The notes: a model not told the origin generated them from the sequence alone. DNA of 55,990 nucleotides from a virus (IMGVR_UViG_3300033076_001194:1-55990); one strand, 5' to 3'; shown: positions 10,097 to 19,608, counted from the first letter of the stretch. Numbers and translations are program-made.

Positions 10097-10472
10097 CTTC
10101 TAGTACTACTTTTTGGTTAAACTTTTCAGTTAATATGTTTTCAACTTTGTCTTTAAATTCAACTTTCACTTGGTTGTTTTTGTCTTTCTCAAAAACTTTC
10201 TCAAGATCATCTATTATAAATATCAACTTAACCTTCTTTTTTTCCTTTTCTCCAGGTTTACTCCAGGTTATAACAGGGTTAAATGCTCCTCCGGTACTAG
10301 GAAAGCTGACTGTTAATTCAACCGCATGATCCCAAAGAACACCATACGGGGGTGGAACTTCAATTCCAAACTCGTCTAGGATGTACTGTGCATAGTACTG
10401 ATCAGCATAAAAGCTATCCCAGTTTTTATTTGCTTGGTCCCAGGTTATATCGGTGATACTATTAATGATCAT
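10074..10472 (-). CDS. Hypothetical protein
   Basis: 132 aa; TATTTATA 4 nt before ATG. Confidence 0.55.
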   Translation of the reverse strand: MIINSITDITWDQANKNWDSFYADQYYAQYILDEFGIEVPPPYGVLWDHAVELTVSFPSTGGAFNPVITWSKPGEKEKKKVKLIFIIDDLEKVFEKDKNNQVKVEFKDKVENILTEKFNQKVVLEDVQIIHG

Positions 10473-10486
10473 CTAATATAAATATA

Positions 10487-13400
10487 TTAGAGTGCCTCGT
10501 AAGAACCGTTAAATTGTACTGAATCTAAATTACCGAATGTAAAAGGGTGAGTGGCGGTTAATCCCTGAGAAGAATTAGCACCTCCTGCTGATTGCACAAT
10601 TACCGCTGTTTTATCTATAAACCCTCCATATTGTCCGTTTACTGTTCCTTGATACCATGCTAATCCATCGTTTAGTATAGAACATGGAAATTGAACACCA
10701 TAAGCAGCGGCAGCATTTGTCGGTAAACTAAAATACCAGTTACCTGATCCGCCGTTTGTTGTTGTACCAAAAACTAACTTTACTCTAATAAATACTGTTT
10801 TTCCTATCTGTTTATAATACCCCTCTAAGGTACCGTTTCCTAAACTTGGCGGCACAGCATCAGAAGACCACATTACACCATAAGATGCCCAGGAGTTATT
10901 ATCTAGAGTAACACTGTTTATTGTTCCGGTTGTAGTTAAGTTACCAGTTAAATCTAGGGTATTTGAATTATTAGCACCAAGTACTGGGTTAGAACTACCG
11001 CTACCAAACCTAATGTAGCCCCGGTCAGCATTTTGTTGACCCATCACCTGCATGGTGTTTGCTACGTTAATATCACCAATCCAGGTATCATCACCTACTT
11101 TAAAATTAGTTCCAATACCGTTATTAGTTGCTGATATTATACTAGCGGTAATATTATTAGTTACATTTAACGAACCTGTGATTACAACCCCACTGGAGAA
11201 TCGTCCTGAGCCGTTAACGTCCAAAAGTGTTGCTGGGGAAGTAGTGCCTATTCCGACAAACCCACTGGTTGTTGCTAAGAAGGCACCAAGTGTAGTTCTT
11301 ATGTCTCCTGCTACATCAAGCTGATAAGAAGCATTAATTTTATTAATTCCTACGGCTCTTGATACTCCACTCACGTGAATTACAGGTGCTCCGGCAGTTA
11401 GGTCATAAACTTCCCATGAATTTGCTGTTGCGTAGTTAGTACCTGTAAAGTACTCCCGGTATGTATTCTTGTAAATATTACCTGCCCCTCCTGTCCCTGT
11501 TGATTGAATAAGGGAATAGATATCACCAGTTGCTACGGAATGTATTTTCTGTGAAGGAGTTGTTATTCCAAATCCAATATTACCATTATCCAAGACTACC
11601 ATTGAGGTAGCAGCACTTGAATTTTCAACTGATAAAGCAGTGGTTGCAGAGGTTGTTCCTGTTCCTTTTATGCTAACACTCTGAGTTAGTGGATTAACGT
11701 AAGAAGCTGTTGCTGCAGTACCTAGTAATGAACCTGTTATACCTCCTAAGGATGTTATTGATCCTGTAACTGTTAGGTTGTTTATTATATTACCCGATCC
11801 TGATATGTTTACTTTATATCCTAAGCTTGATGTAGTTCCTACCAGTACGTTATCTTTAAAATAACTTGAACCTGAGTTTACATATAAAGCCCATGAACTA
11901 GTAATGCTTAAACTACTTCCTGCTCTTGGAGCTCCGTCAATATAAACTGTAGAAGCATTAGCGAGTGTTCTTGTGTAAACTACTGAATTTAAAGTATTGA
12001 TACCAAATCCAGACATTGCTACATGACTAGCTGAATCTGGGGATACAACTTGTACACTTCCTGATTGAACACAGAACATAATACCTGATGTGTCCCAGTT
12101 TGTATTACTATCAAATGCTTTTGGTTCTATTCTAAATATATTTTTTGAAAAAGCACCGGTTACAGTTCCTATGGCTACATGTCCTGCGTTATTCCATGTC
12201 AATGTTCTAGGCCCTTTTCCGGTTTGTACAAATCCAAAATTTCCTTCACTGCTAGGTTTCACATTATGTCCAAACCAAGAACCATATCCATTAGCAGTAG
12301 CTGTAGCGGTATCGCCACCGATCAATATTTTAACTTCAGGTTGTGCTGGGGAGACATATCCTTCAAATACTGCTACTATCTTAGGGTCTGTACTTGTACC
12401 GGGTGTAAGTATGTGTAGGGATGCTGTTGTTGGTGCTTTGTTAATCCCAACCCTACCATCATCTTGAACTATTAGGGAAGAGTTATTTGATGAGTTTTGA
12501 ATTAATAAAGCGTTGGTAGCACTTGTAGCACCCGATCCTTTAACTAGTAGTGAATTAGTTGCGGAACCTGTAATTATTACATTTTGTACTAATGGATTAA
12601 CATAAGAAGCAGTACTAGCAAATGAAGCAGAAACTGCTGTTAAAGCAGATCCTGATAAAGAACCTGTAAATCCTGCTATCCCTGTTACTGAACCGGAGAA
12701 TATTGCCGGACCTATATTTGTGAAAGTAGAGGATCCTGAGATTGTTAATGAACCTGTGATTGAATATGAACCTGTTAATGATCTTCCTGTAGTCCAAACA
12801 GATCCTGATTTAACGAATAACTCACCGTAGGATGTAGTGCTTGTTGAATCATTAACATTATTTAACTCCCCTACATTTAATGTAAAAGTAGGTCTAACTA
12901 GTAATGTTAAGTTGTTTCCATTGATAGCGGTAATAACAGCTATAGTGGATTTAATAGCGGGACCTGTAGGTTGTGTATAAGTTAATCCTCCAGATACTGC
13001 CGGATTGGGGTAAAGTACATTACCTTCTGCCCAAGCTTCTGCTATAGGCTTGACACCGTTTGATTCTAGAGTAGGAATATTTAAATTTCTTACGTATCCA
13101 AACCATGTAGCATAACCTTCTTGGTTAATTGCAATATCTTCTGTCAAGATACCTACAAGATACTGGGAAGGATAAGTGCCATTTGAAATAGCTCTAACAA
13201 CTCTGATACGATTGCCTTGAGCAATTTGAGTAGGATCCACCATTACAAGTGTTCCTTCCCCTAAATCAATAGAGTCTTTATTTACTATAGGAGGATAAAC
13301 AGTTTCTTGTCCAATTTGTAAAGTAGTATTTCCATCTCCTGTGCCTAAATCTAAGGTTTTATCGGTTTGATTCCAACTCAAACGGCCAATAGAAGGTTGT

Positions 13401-13777
13401 GTAACAGAAGCTGCTGTATCAAAATCAATATAGTCTACACCTGTAATTGAACCTGATACTTTAAAATTAGTAGCATAAGATGATGTAGTAGCATATGAAG
13501 CGGATAATGCATATGAAGCAGAAACCGGCGTACCTGCATTAATAGTAACTGCACCGGTTCCTCCAACCGGAGAGATTGTAATATTAGTACCGGCAATAAT
13601 CTGAGTTACTCCGGCTGCTGCACCACCTCCTCCAATTTCAACAACAGTCTGTGTATTTCCCTGCTGTTTTTTCAAGTATGCCTTACCGTCGTAGGTATTC
13701 ACGGCAAGATCCCCCAAAGCTAGTTGGGTTATACTAGGGATAGACCCTGAAACGGATATGGTTCTTATTGATGGCAT
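10487..13777 (-). CDS. Long tail fibre protein
   Basis: 1096 aa; N-terminal LALGDLAVNTYDGKAY fibre-anchor motif, SASYA repeats, VGIGTTSPATLLDVNGS repeats, C-terminal knob-like domain (YKQIGKTVF...SLP...GSYE). Confidence 0.8.
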   Translation of the reverse strand: MPSIRTISVSGSIPSITQLALGDLAVNTYDGKAYLKKQQGNTQTVVEIGGGGAAAGVTQIIAGTNITISPVGGTGAVTINAGTPVSASYALSASYATTSSYATNFKVSGSITGVDYIDFDTAASVTQPSIGRLSWNQTDKTLDLGTGDGNTTLQIGQETVYPPIVNKDSIDLGEGTLVMVDPTQIAQGNRIRVVRAISNGTYPSQYLVGILTEDIAINQEGYATWFGYVRNLNIPTLESNGVKPIAEAWAEGNVLYPNPAVSGGLTYTQPTGPAIKSTIAVITAINGNNLTLLVRPTFTLNVGELNNVNDSTSTTSYGELFVKSGSVWTTGRSLTGSYSITGSLTISGSSTFTNIGPAIFSGSVTGIAGFTGSLSGSALTAVSASFASTASYVNPLVQNVIITGSATNSLLVKGSGATSATNALLIQNSSNNSSLIVQDDGRVGINKAPTTASLHILTPGTSTDPKIVAVFEGYVSPAQPEVKILIGGDTATATANGYGSWFGHNVKPSSEGNFGFVQTGKGPRTLTWNNAGHVAIGTVTGAFSKNIFRIEPKAFDSNTNWDTSGIMFCVQSGSVQVVSPDSASHVAMSGFGINTLNSVVYTRTLANASTVYIDGAPRAGSSLSITSSWALYVNSGSSYFKDNVLVGTTSSLGYKVNISGSGNIINNLTVTGSITSLGGITGSLLGTAATASYVNPLTQSVSIKGTGTTSATTALSVENSSAATSMVVLDNGNIGFGITTPSQKIHSVATGDIYSLIQSTGTGGAGNIYKNTYREYFTGTNYATANSWEVYDLTAGAPVIHVSGVSRAVGINKINASYQLDVAGDIRTTLGAFLATTSGFVGIGTTSPATLLDVNGSGRFSSGVVITGSLNVTNNITASIISATNNGIGTNFKVGDDTWIGDINVANTMQVMGQQNADRGYIRFGSGSSNPVLGANNSNTLDLTGNLTTTGTINSVTLDNNSWASYGVMWSSDAVPPSLGNGTLEGYYKQIGKTVFIRVKLVFGTTTNGGSGNWYFSLPTNAAAAYGVQFPCSILNDGLAWYQGTVNGQYGGFIDKTAVIVQSAGGANSSQGLTATHPFTFGNLDSVQFNGSYEAL

Positions 13778-14466
13778 TAGTCTCTATAGTCAGCAAATAC
13801 TTTTAAAACCGGTTCCACAATCTTATGACGGTGGTTTTGTTCTAAAGATATCACCTTAACTCCGGAAACTTGAGGTTCTAATTTCAAAAAGAAATCAAAC
13901 CCGGAGTCTTTTTTATTTTTTAAGTCACATTGTGACATATCCCCGCAGAAAAGCATCTTGGAATTTATACCCAGTCTACTAATCATTAGTTCTGTTTGTT
14001 TCATAGTGGCATTTTGGGCCTCATCAATTAAAACAAAACAGTTAGTAAATGTATTACCTCTTAGGAAACCAAAGGGAGAAACCAGCACAGACCCTTCTGC
14101 TACTAGTTTTTCTGTCTTATCCTTGCCTACGAGTTCATGCATTATATTATAAATAGGTGCTGTTAAGTAGGCTAGTTTCTCATCTACTCCTCCTGGTAAA
14201 TGCCCGATATCTTCTCCGGCAGTTACGTACGGTCTTGCAATAATCAGCTTCTCAACATCTTTGTTAAAAAGTAAATCAAGTCCGGCTTGAACGGCAAGTA
14301 AGGTCTTACCTGATCCTGCCCTTCCTTTGATTGCAATAATGTCATGGTGAAGGATATGAGCTTTTGCAAGTTTCTGTTCTTCGTTTAAGGTGATTCCAAA
14401 TTTAATTGGGTTCTTAGGTTTTCTTTTTTCTTTAAAAACCTCATCAGTGTGGTGGCTGCTGCTCAT
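13777..14466 (-). CDS. phoH: PhoH-like ATPase
   Basis: GRAGSGKT Walker A, IARP, GHLPG, FLRGNTF, IDEAQN, SRLG, GDMSQCD, HRH motifs. Confidence 0.95.
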   Translation of the reverse strand: MSSSHHTDEVFKEKRKPKNPIKFGITLNEEQKLAKAHILHHDIIAIKGRAGSGKTLLAVQAGLDLLFNKDVEKLIIARPYVTAGEDIGHLPGGVDEKLAYLTAPIYNIMHELVGKDKTEKLVAEGSVLVSPFGFLRGNTFTNCFVLIDEAQNATMKQTELMISRLGINSKMLFCGDMSQCDLKNKKDSGFDFFLKLEPQVSGVKVISLEQNHRHKIVEPVLKVFADYRD

Positions 14467-14496
14467 AAAATAACTCTCTTATTGATAAATAGGTTT

Positions 14497-14526
14497 AAAA
14501 AAAAGAAGCCCGACTTTCGCCGGGCT
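14497..14526 (-). terminator. Rho-independent terminator after the major capsid gene
   Basis: Minus strand AGCCCGGC-GAAA-GTCGGGCT followed by TCTTTTTTTT. Confidence 0.9.
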
Positions 14527-14552
14527 CTTTATGAAGATTTTAATGGTTAATC

Positions 14553-16193
14553 TTACAAAGTGTTCAAGCCACTTACGTAGATTTTTCCATAAAACTCGGG
14601 ACGAACCATCTTCTTAGCGTATCTAGTCAAGAGACCTTTTCTAGGTACGAAAGTATCAGGATCATACACCAAAGGAGTCATGATCAATGGAATGTAAGGA
14701 GCAAATACTGCACCAGTTTCCAAGAATTGGCTACCTTTGAAGCCCATCAAGATGGTATTTTCTTTCATGTATGGGTTCTTGTAAACAGTGTATCTGTTGT
14801 TGATTTGACCCATTTTTTGTACACCGAATGCATAAGTTGCAGCAGTTACATCACCGTTTGAAGTTGAAGCAAATCCTGGGATACTTTCCAAGATAGTAGC
14901 AACTGTAGGAGAAACTACGCAGAAGTTTGCACCACCACGTAAAGTTCTTTGGTGAATAATGTTGCTTAATTTTTGCATCTTAGTTCCTAAAGTTTGGAAC
15001 CATTGTCCTTGAGTGTTGTAGAAACCTAAAGAACTTTCGAATGTAGTACCAGCAGCGTTGATAGCGTTGTTATTAATAGCAGACCAGTATTCAGTACCAG
15101 CAGCAGCAGAAGCGATCAACATATCTAAGATCTCAAGATCAATCTCTAAAGAAATATACTCAGACATTACAGCTGTTAATTCAGCTTCAGCATCCAATGA
15201 ATGGTAAGCATTCAAGTCTTGAGCAAATTCAGGAGTCCATTGAGATTTTAACTTCTTAGTTTTAGCTACGATAGCTTCAGATCTCATTTGAACGTTGATT
15301 TGAGGAATTACGATAGTAGAAGCAGACTCAGCGTTTGGAGTAGAATAAGAAGCACCAGCTTCGAAATCACCTCTTGCGTTATCTTTAGTTACTTTGTTGT
15401 ACTCAACTAACCAAGTAGAATCTACAACTGGAGAAGATCCTGCAGAACCAGTAAAGAAGAAGTTAATCACGTTACCAGATACTGTAGTGAATTCTTGTAG
15501 TAAAGTAGATAGTGTAAAAGTTGAACCTGAAGTAGCAATAAATCCTCTAACACCTAATACATCGATATCTGCAGAAACAGAAGCGGTTGGGATAGAGATT
15601 TTCTTAATTCTACCTGCAGCAGCAGAAGCTGAGTAGTCAGAGTTGAAGTTAACTTCAGCCCAAGAAGCAGATGCAGCAGCGTAGCTAGCAGCAGATGAAC
15701 TTACAGAAGCTGAGAATTGGTTAGTAGAGTAAGTGAAACGACCAGCTCCGTATAAAGCACCTGTTGAAGTGTTACCGAAGTTAGCAGAAGAATCACCATA
15801 CATTGAGCTGTTAGCAGCGAAAGGATTCTTATCGGTTCCGTATTGGAAATCTAAGAAGAATACAAGTCCTGAAGGTAAGTTCATTGGTTGAACTGAAACG
15901 AATTCTTTTGCAGCGATTTGACCGAATACTTTACGCACTAAAGGTAAAGCGATACCAGCCCATTGCTCACCAGTACCAGTTGTGAAGCTAGCACCAGTTC
16001 CAGTTTGAGATTGCTCAACAACCAATTGTTTTGCTTGGTTCTCAAGAATCATTGACATATTATTCTTCTCAGTCTCACCACTTAAGTTTTCTAAAAGACC
16101 AGTAGCGCCCCATTTTTTTGCCAATCTAGCAGCGTCAGATTGCAAAGACTGCCATGGGTTAGCAGATTCTAATAATGATTGTACGTTTGACAT
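14553..16193 (-). CDS. gp23: Major capsid protein, T4 gp23-like
   Basis: ILENQ, LPLVRK, VSVQPMNLPSGLVFFL, KLKSQWTPEFAQDLNAYHSLDAEAEL, EIDLEI, GAVFAPYIPL, DTFVPRKGLLTRY. Confidence 0.96.
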   Translation of the reverse strand: MSNVQSLLESANPWQSLQSDAARLAKKWGATGLLENLSGETEKNNMSMILENQAKQLVVEQSQTGTGASFTTGTGEQWAGIALPLVRKVFGQIAAKEFVSVQPMNLPSGLVFFLDFQYGTDKNPFAANSSMYGDSSANFGNTSTGALYGAGRFTYSTNQFSASVSSSAASYAAASASWAEVNFNSDYSASAAAGRIKKISIPTASVSADIDVLGVRGFIATSGSTFTLSTLLQEFTTVSGNVINFFFTGSAGSSPVVDSTWLVEYNKVTKDNARGDFEAGASYSTPNAESASTIVIPQINVQMRSEAIVAKTKKLKSQWTPEFAQDLNAYHSLDAEAELTAVMSEYISLEIDLEILDMLIASAAAGTEYWSAINNNAINAAGTTFESSLGFYNTQGQWFQTLGTKMQKLSNIIHQRTLRGGANFCVVSPTVATILESIPGFASTSNGDVTAATYAFGVQKMGQINNRYTVYKNPYMKENTILMGFKGSQFLETGAVFAPYIPLIMTPLVYDPDTFVPRKGLLTRYAKKMVRPEFYGKIYVSGLNTL

Positions 16194-16218
16194 TTTTATT
16201 TAATGTAGTTTTTTTGTT

Positions 16219-17424
16219 TTATTTTAAGCCTGCAAGTTTTTGGAACCTTTCAATCATTGCACTAGTTTCCACCACAGGCTGTTTTGATGTACCGCTAATT
16301 GTTTTTGATGCAAATGATTTGTTTTCTCTCACCAACTCTTTTTTGCTTGCTTTGTTTAAGCCAGCACTTAGAGTTTCGTAAACTAACTTAGTTTCTTTCA
16401 CCGATTCAGCATTATCAAATGCAGCAAGTACTTGTACCTTTTGTGCTTCTGATAAGTTCTTAGCTTTGAAAATTTTGTTAGTGTAAAGTAATTTAGAATT
16501 AAGAAGATTAACTTCGTTTAGTTCTGCTTTTAAAGTCTCAACTGTCTCTAAAGCTTCTTCAAGTTCCCCTGAGGTTTCTTCTTTAGCTTTTTCAGCAGCT
16601 TTCTTAAGCATTTCTTTCTTCTCTTCAGCAGAAGCTTTCATAAAACCGGCAGCACCAGCAACTCCTAGAGCAGAAAGTACCATGGTTACATACTTAAGCA
16701 TTTCAGCACCTTGCATACCGAAAGAAGTTACATCTTCATTCAATTCGCTTTCTTCAGTTGCTGTCTTACCTTTAGCTTTAGAAATCATAGCTTTAACAGC
16801 TCCTACTAATCCAGCTCCTGCAAGACCTGCACCAGCTGCAAGACCGCTAACAATAGCTTGTGCAGCATGCATGTTGTCAGTGATGTCTGCACTGATAAGT
16901 TGTTGAGCTAAATCGTTAATAACGTTTTCTCCTAAGTTTTGTTTGTTTTCCATCATTGTTTCTTCTTCTGGAGCTTCTTCTGTGTCCATGTCCATATCCA
17001 TTTCTGGAGTTTCTTCAGAACCTGGTCCAGCTTCTAGCTCACCAGCTTCGATCATTTCGTCAACCACACTTGCAATAAATGCTTCTAAATCTTCGGCAGT
17101 CATGTTATCGAAGTCGATTTCTTCTTCCTCTTCTGTTTCTACTTCTCCGTCAGACATTTCCTCAGTTTCTTCTTCTGATTCATCTTCTAACTCTCTAAGT
17201 AATTCTTCAAGGTTGATTTCTTCCATTGAATCAGCATCTTCGTGTTTTGCTTCTTCCATGTGTTTTTCATCTTCTTCTTCCATTTCTGACAATTTTTGTT
17301 CAAGCATTGATTTCAAGTGAGGAGTGAAGGCTTCCTCTAATGCAGCTTTAGCATTAGTGATAGCTACTTCCTTTACAGCTTTTGCATCAGCAATCGCTTC
17401 TTTTAACAATTCTCTGTTTGTCAT
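16219..17424 (-). CDS. gp22: Prohead core scaffold protein, gp22-like
   Basis: Highly acidic coiled-coil protein located between prohead protease and capsid genes; many L-x-E sites. Confidence 0.75.
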   Translation of the reverse strand: MTNRELLKEAIADAKAVKEVAITNAKAALEEAFTPHLKSMLEQKLSEMEEEDEKHMEEAKHEDADSMEEINLEELLRELEDESEEETEEMSDGEVETEEEEEIDFDNMTAEDLEAFIASVVDEMIEAGELEAGPGSEETPEMDMDMDTEEAPEEETMMENKQNLGENVINDLAQQLISADITDNMHAAQAIVSGLAAGAGLAGAGLVGAVKAMISKAKGKTATEESELNEDVTSFGMQGAEMLKYVTMVLSALGVAGAAGFMKASAEEKKEMLKKAAEKAKEETSGELEEALETVETLKAELNEVNLLNSKLLYTNKIFKAKNLSEAQKVQVLAAFDNAESVKETKLVYETLSAGLNKASKKELVRENKSFASKTISGTSKQPVVETSAMIERFQKLAGLK

Positions 17425-17454
17425 TTTTTCCTAATAATAAGTTTGTTTTGGAAG

Positions 17455-17537
17455 TACGCTTAATAAAAAGAGCGTAATAAGTGTTCGTGTAAATTTTTAG
17501 GTGTCGTATTCAGAACCGACACATATACTCATAAATA
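17455..17537 (-). promoter_or_regulatory. Late promoter plus structured 5' leader of the scaffold/capsid operon
   Basis: TATTTATG at 17530-17537, then hairpins GTGTCG-N10-CGACAC (17501-17522) and TACGCT-N10-AGCGTA (17455-17476). Confidence 0.55.
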
Positions 17538-17551
17538 GCACTGTTTTTTTC

Positions 17552-17585
17552 AAAAATAAGAAACCCTCCGGTTTTAAAGGAGGGT
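17552..17585 (-). terminator. Probable terminator after the prohead protease gene
   Basis: Minus strand ACCCTCC-TTTAAAACC-GGAGGGT followed by TTCTTATTTTT. Confidence 0.65.
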
Positions 17586-17613
17586 CGGTCTAAGGATACT
17601 ATCCTAAGAGGGG

Positions 17614-18216
17614 TTAAAATATTGGACAATTGCCATGAGCACATAAGATCTCTCTTATAATCTCATTAGCCTTGTCGTAAGTTTTTCCTGTTTTAATTAA
17701 ACTTTCATTTAGAGGGGTCATCCAAGATCCAGGATTTGATGGAGTAGATACGAAGTCCCAGCATAGTAATTCAAAATCTGGCTGTACTTCTAATGTTTCT
17801 CCCATCTGTTTAACTGATCCCATTCCTCTTGAAGAAACACCGACTGTGATTCCTGACTGTATTAATGCTTTTAGAATATTACCTGAAGGTGTTGGAAGGA
17901 TTTCGATCTTACCCATAATGTGATCACCATCCCACCAGATGTCTTTGATGTTATGACAGACATTCTTAAGGTTAATCACGGTAGATTCTGGGTGATCTAA
18001 CTCACCAACTGCTCTATTCTGTTTAACAGAATCCATATACTTATTAATTTCTCTATCCCAGATCTTCTTGCTATAGTATCTCCCGTTGCCGTTCTTTACT
18101 TCGGCAGTAGCTAAGATACCCTCAACAAGAGGCATTCCGGATTCACTTCTACCCTCAGTTAAGGTTACTGTACTGGGTTTAAATGAGATGGTTTCAATAA
18201 GTAAATTTTTGTTCAT
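17614..18216 (-). CDS. gp21: Prohead protease, T4 gp21-like (start reassigned from 18264 to 18216)
   Basis: NGNGRYY, GELDHP, PTPSG, GVSSRGMGS, WDFVSTPS catalytic motifs; start MNKNLLIE removes the overlap with the upstream gene. Confidence 0.93.
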   Translation of the reverse strand: MNKNLLIETISFKPSTVTLTEGRSESGMPLVEGILATAEVKNGNGRYYSKKIWDREINKYMDSVKQNRAVGELDHPESTVINLKNVCHNIKDIWWDGDHIMGKIEILPTPSGNILKALIQSGITVGVSSRGMGSVKQMGETLEVQPDFELLCWDFVSTPSNPGSWMTPLNESLIKTGKTYDKANEIIREILCAHGNCPIF

Positions 18217-18218
18217 TA

Positions 18219-19364
18219 TTAATATCCTTTTTTCTTTAATACACTTCTCATTGCTTCTTGCCAAACTGGTTTCTTTTCTTTAGCTTCATCAATGATTTCT
18301 TCTCCACCTGCTGCTTTTGGTTTTACGCTGTCACCAGAAACTCTCTTTGCTGCTTTGGCTTTTTGAGCTTCGTACATTTTTTTCTTCTTTTCAAGTACAG
18401 CAATATCTTTCTTAATTTCTTTTACTGTATTCTTATCAACCATTTCTTTCATGTCTTCGCTTTCAGTCATGGCTAATTTGTTTTTTAGTTCTTCGATCTT
18501 TTCTTGAACCTTGTTCGCTTTATATTCGTAAGCAGCAACCTCTCCTAATTTTTCAATTTCCTTAAGGTGTTTTTCAATTGCTCTTTTTTTAGCTTCTGTT
18601 AAAGTATTCATATTTTCTTCTAGGGATTCATGTTGACTAGCAAAATAAGCTTTTAGTCCTTTTTCTGCATCTTCTTTAGTATCGTAATGTGCTTTCCACA
18701 TTTTGCCAGTTTTGCCAGAGAAGATTCTCCATTTGTCTCCAACTTTTTTAATGTTAGATCCAGGTACTTTATCTTCTTCTAAAGATTCGTTTAATTTTAC
18801 AGGTTCCATTCCAGATGATTTGTATTTACCTGTTACTTCTTTGGTCTTTCCTAAACCAGGAGCATCCTCAGTATATCCGATGCCTTTAATGCCAAATGCT
18901 CCATCTTTAATGTAGTGCATTGGATCTTTTTCAAGGTTTTTAAATACGATCTTCTTAAGTTCCTCTTCTGTTTTATCTGCATTTTTAGGATCTTTCATTT
19001 CAGCATAATATCCTTTTAGGATTTCTGCTGTTGAAATATTGTTATTATTTGATTTATCTTCATAATCATACCCTGCGATTTCTTTTTCCTCAACAGATTT
19101 GTCGGTTTTCTTAAGGTCTGATTTTACTTTTTCAGTATTTTCTGTAAAGATTTTAAACCAGTTAGGTTCATTTTCTCTCTGTACTAATACTCCGGTTATA
19201 CCTTCTGAGATGATTCCTCTTTCGGTTAGGTTGTGTATAGATTGATCAAATGTAAGTGCTCCAGTTACTATATTAGGAAACATAGTTCTAGCTTCCTTAA
19301 TAAAAAGTTCTTTATTACCTTTACCTTCTTTAATCAAATTGTATTTGTCTTGTAGGCTTTTCAT
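18219..19364 (-). CDS. Prohead core / internal head protein
   Basis: 381 aa, K/E-rich, repeated LNE/LEE/LTE sites, head-operon position, TATTTATA 4 nt before ATG. Confidence 0.55.
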   Translation of the reverse strand: MKSLQDKYNLIKEGKGNKELFIKEARTMFPNIVTGALTFDQSIHNLTERGIISEGITGVLVQRENEPNWFKIFTENTEKVKSDLKKTDKSVEEKEIAGYDYEDKSNNNNISTAEILKGYYAEMKDPKNADKTEEELKKIVFKNLEKDPMHYIKDGAFGIKGIGYTEDAPGLGKTKEVTGKYKSSGMEPVKLNESLEEDKVPGSNIKKVGDKWRIFSGKTGKMWKAHYDTKEDAEKGLKAYFASQHESLEENMNTLTEAKKRAIEKHLKEIEKLGEVAAYEYKANKVQEKIEELKNKLAMTESEDMKEMVDKNTVKEIKKDIAVLEKKKKMYEAQKAKAAKRVSGDSVKPKAAGGEEIIDEAKEKKPVWQEAMRSVLKKKGY

Positions 19365-19384
19365 ATGTTATAAATAGGGGTTGT

Positions 19385-19606
19385 TTATTTCCAAAGATCC
19401 TTGTATACCATTCCCTTAGCTGCTTTCCTAGTCTTAGCCTTGTCTACAAGCTTCCATCCCATCTTTAAATAATAGTTACGGGAAGTACCTTTGGCATTCT
19501 TATTAGGATTAAAAGCATAAGGGGTGTTATAAGCACCAGCTGCCCCGGAGGTTGATTCCTCTTCAAGTATTTCTTTGAGCTGCTGCTTAAACTGAGTTCT
19601 AGTCAT
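19385..19606 (-). CDS. Small head-associated protein
   Basis: 73 aa; LKEILEE then STSGAAGAYNTPYAF motif. Confidence 0.55.
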   Translation of the reverse strand: MTRTQFKQQLKEILEEESTSGAAGAYNTPYAFNPNKNAKGTSRNYYLKMGWKLVDKAKTRKAAKGMVYKDLWK

Positions 19607-19608
19607 GA

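Noticed and set aside
12615-12797. 60-aa minus-strand ORF nested in the 1096-aa fibre
   Set aside because: Alternate-frame by-product of repetitive TGS codons; no independent expression signal.
1-13777. Diversity-generating retroelement or invertible cassette acting on the fibres
   Set aside because: No reverse transcriptase or invertase in the window; the repeats I saw are short, direct and differ at synonymous positions rather than only at adenines.
17593-17605. Inverted repeat AGGATA-C-TATCCT after the protease stop codon
   Set aside because: Single short occurrence next to a terminator; no second copy noticed to support an operator.
18217-18264. N-terminal extension of the prohead protease in the ORF track
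   Set aside because: Overlaps the upstream gene; ATG at 18216 follows the upstream stop closely and gives a typical short leader.
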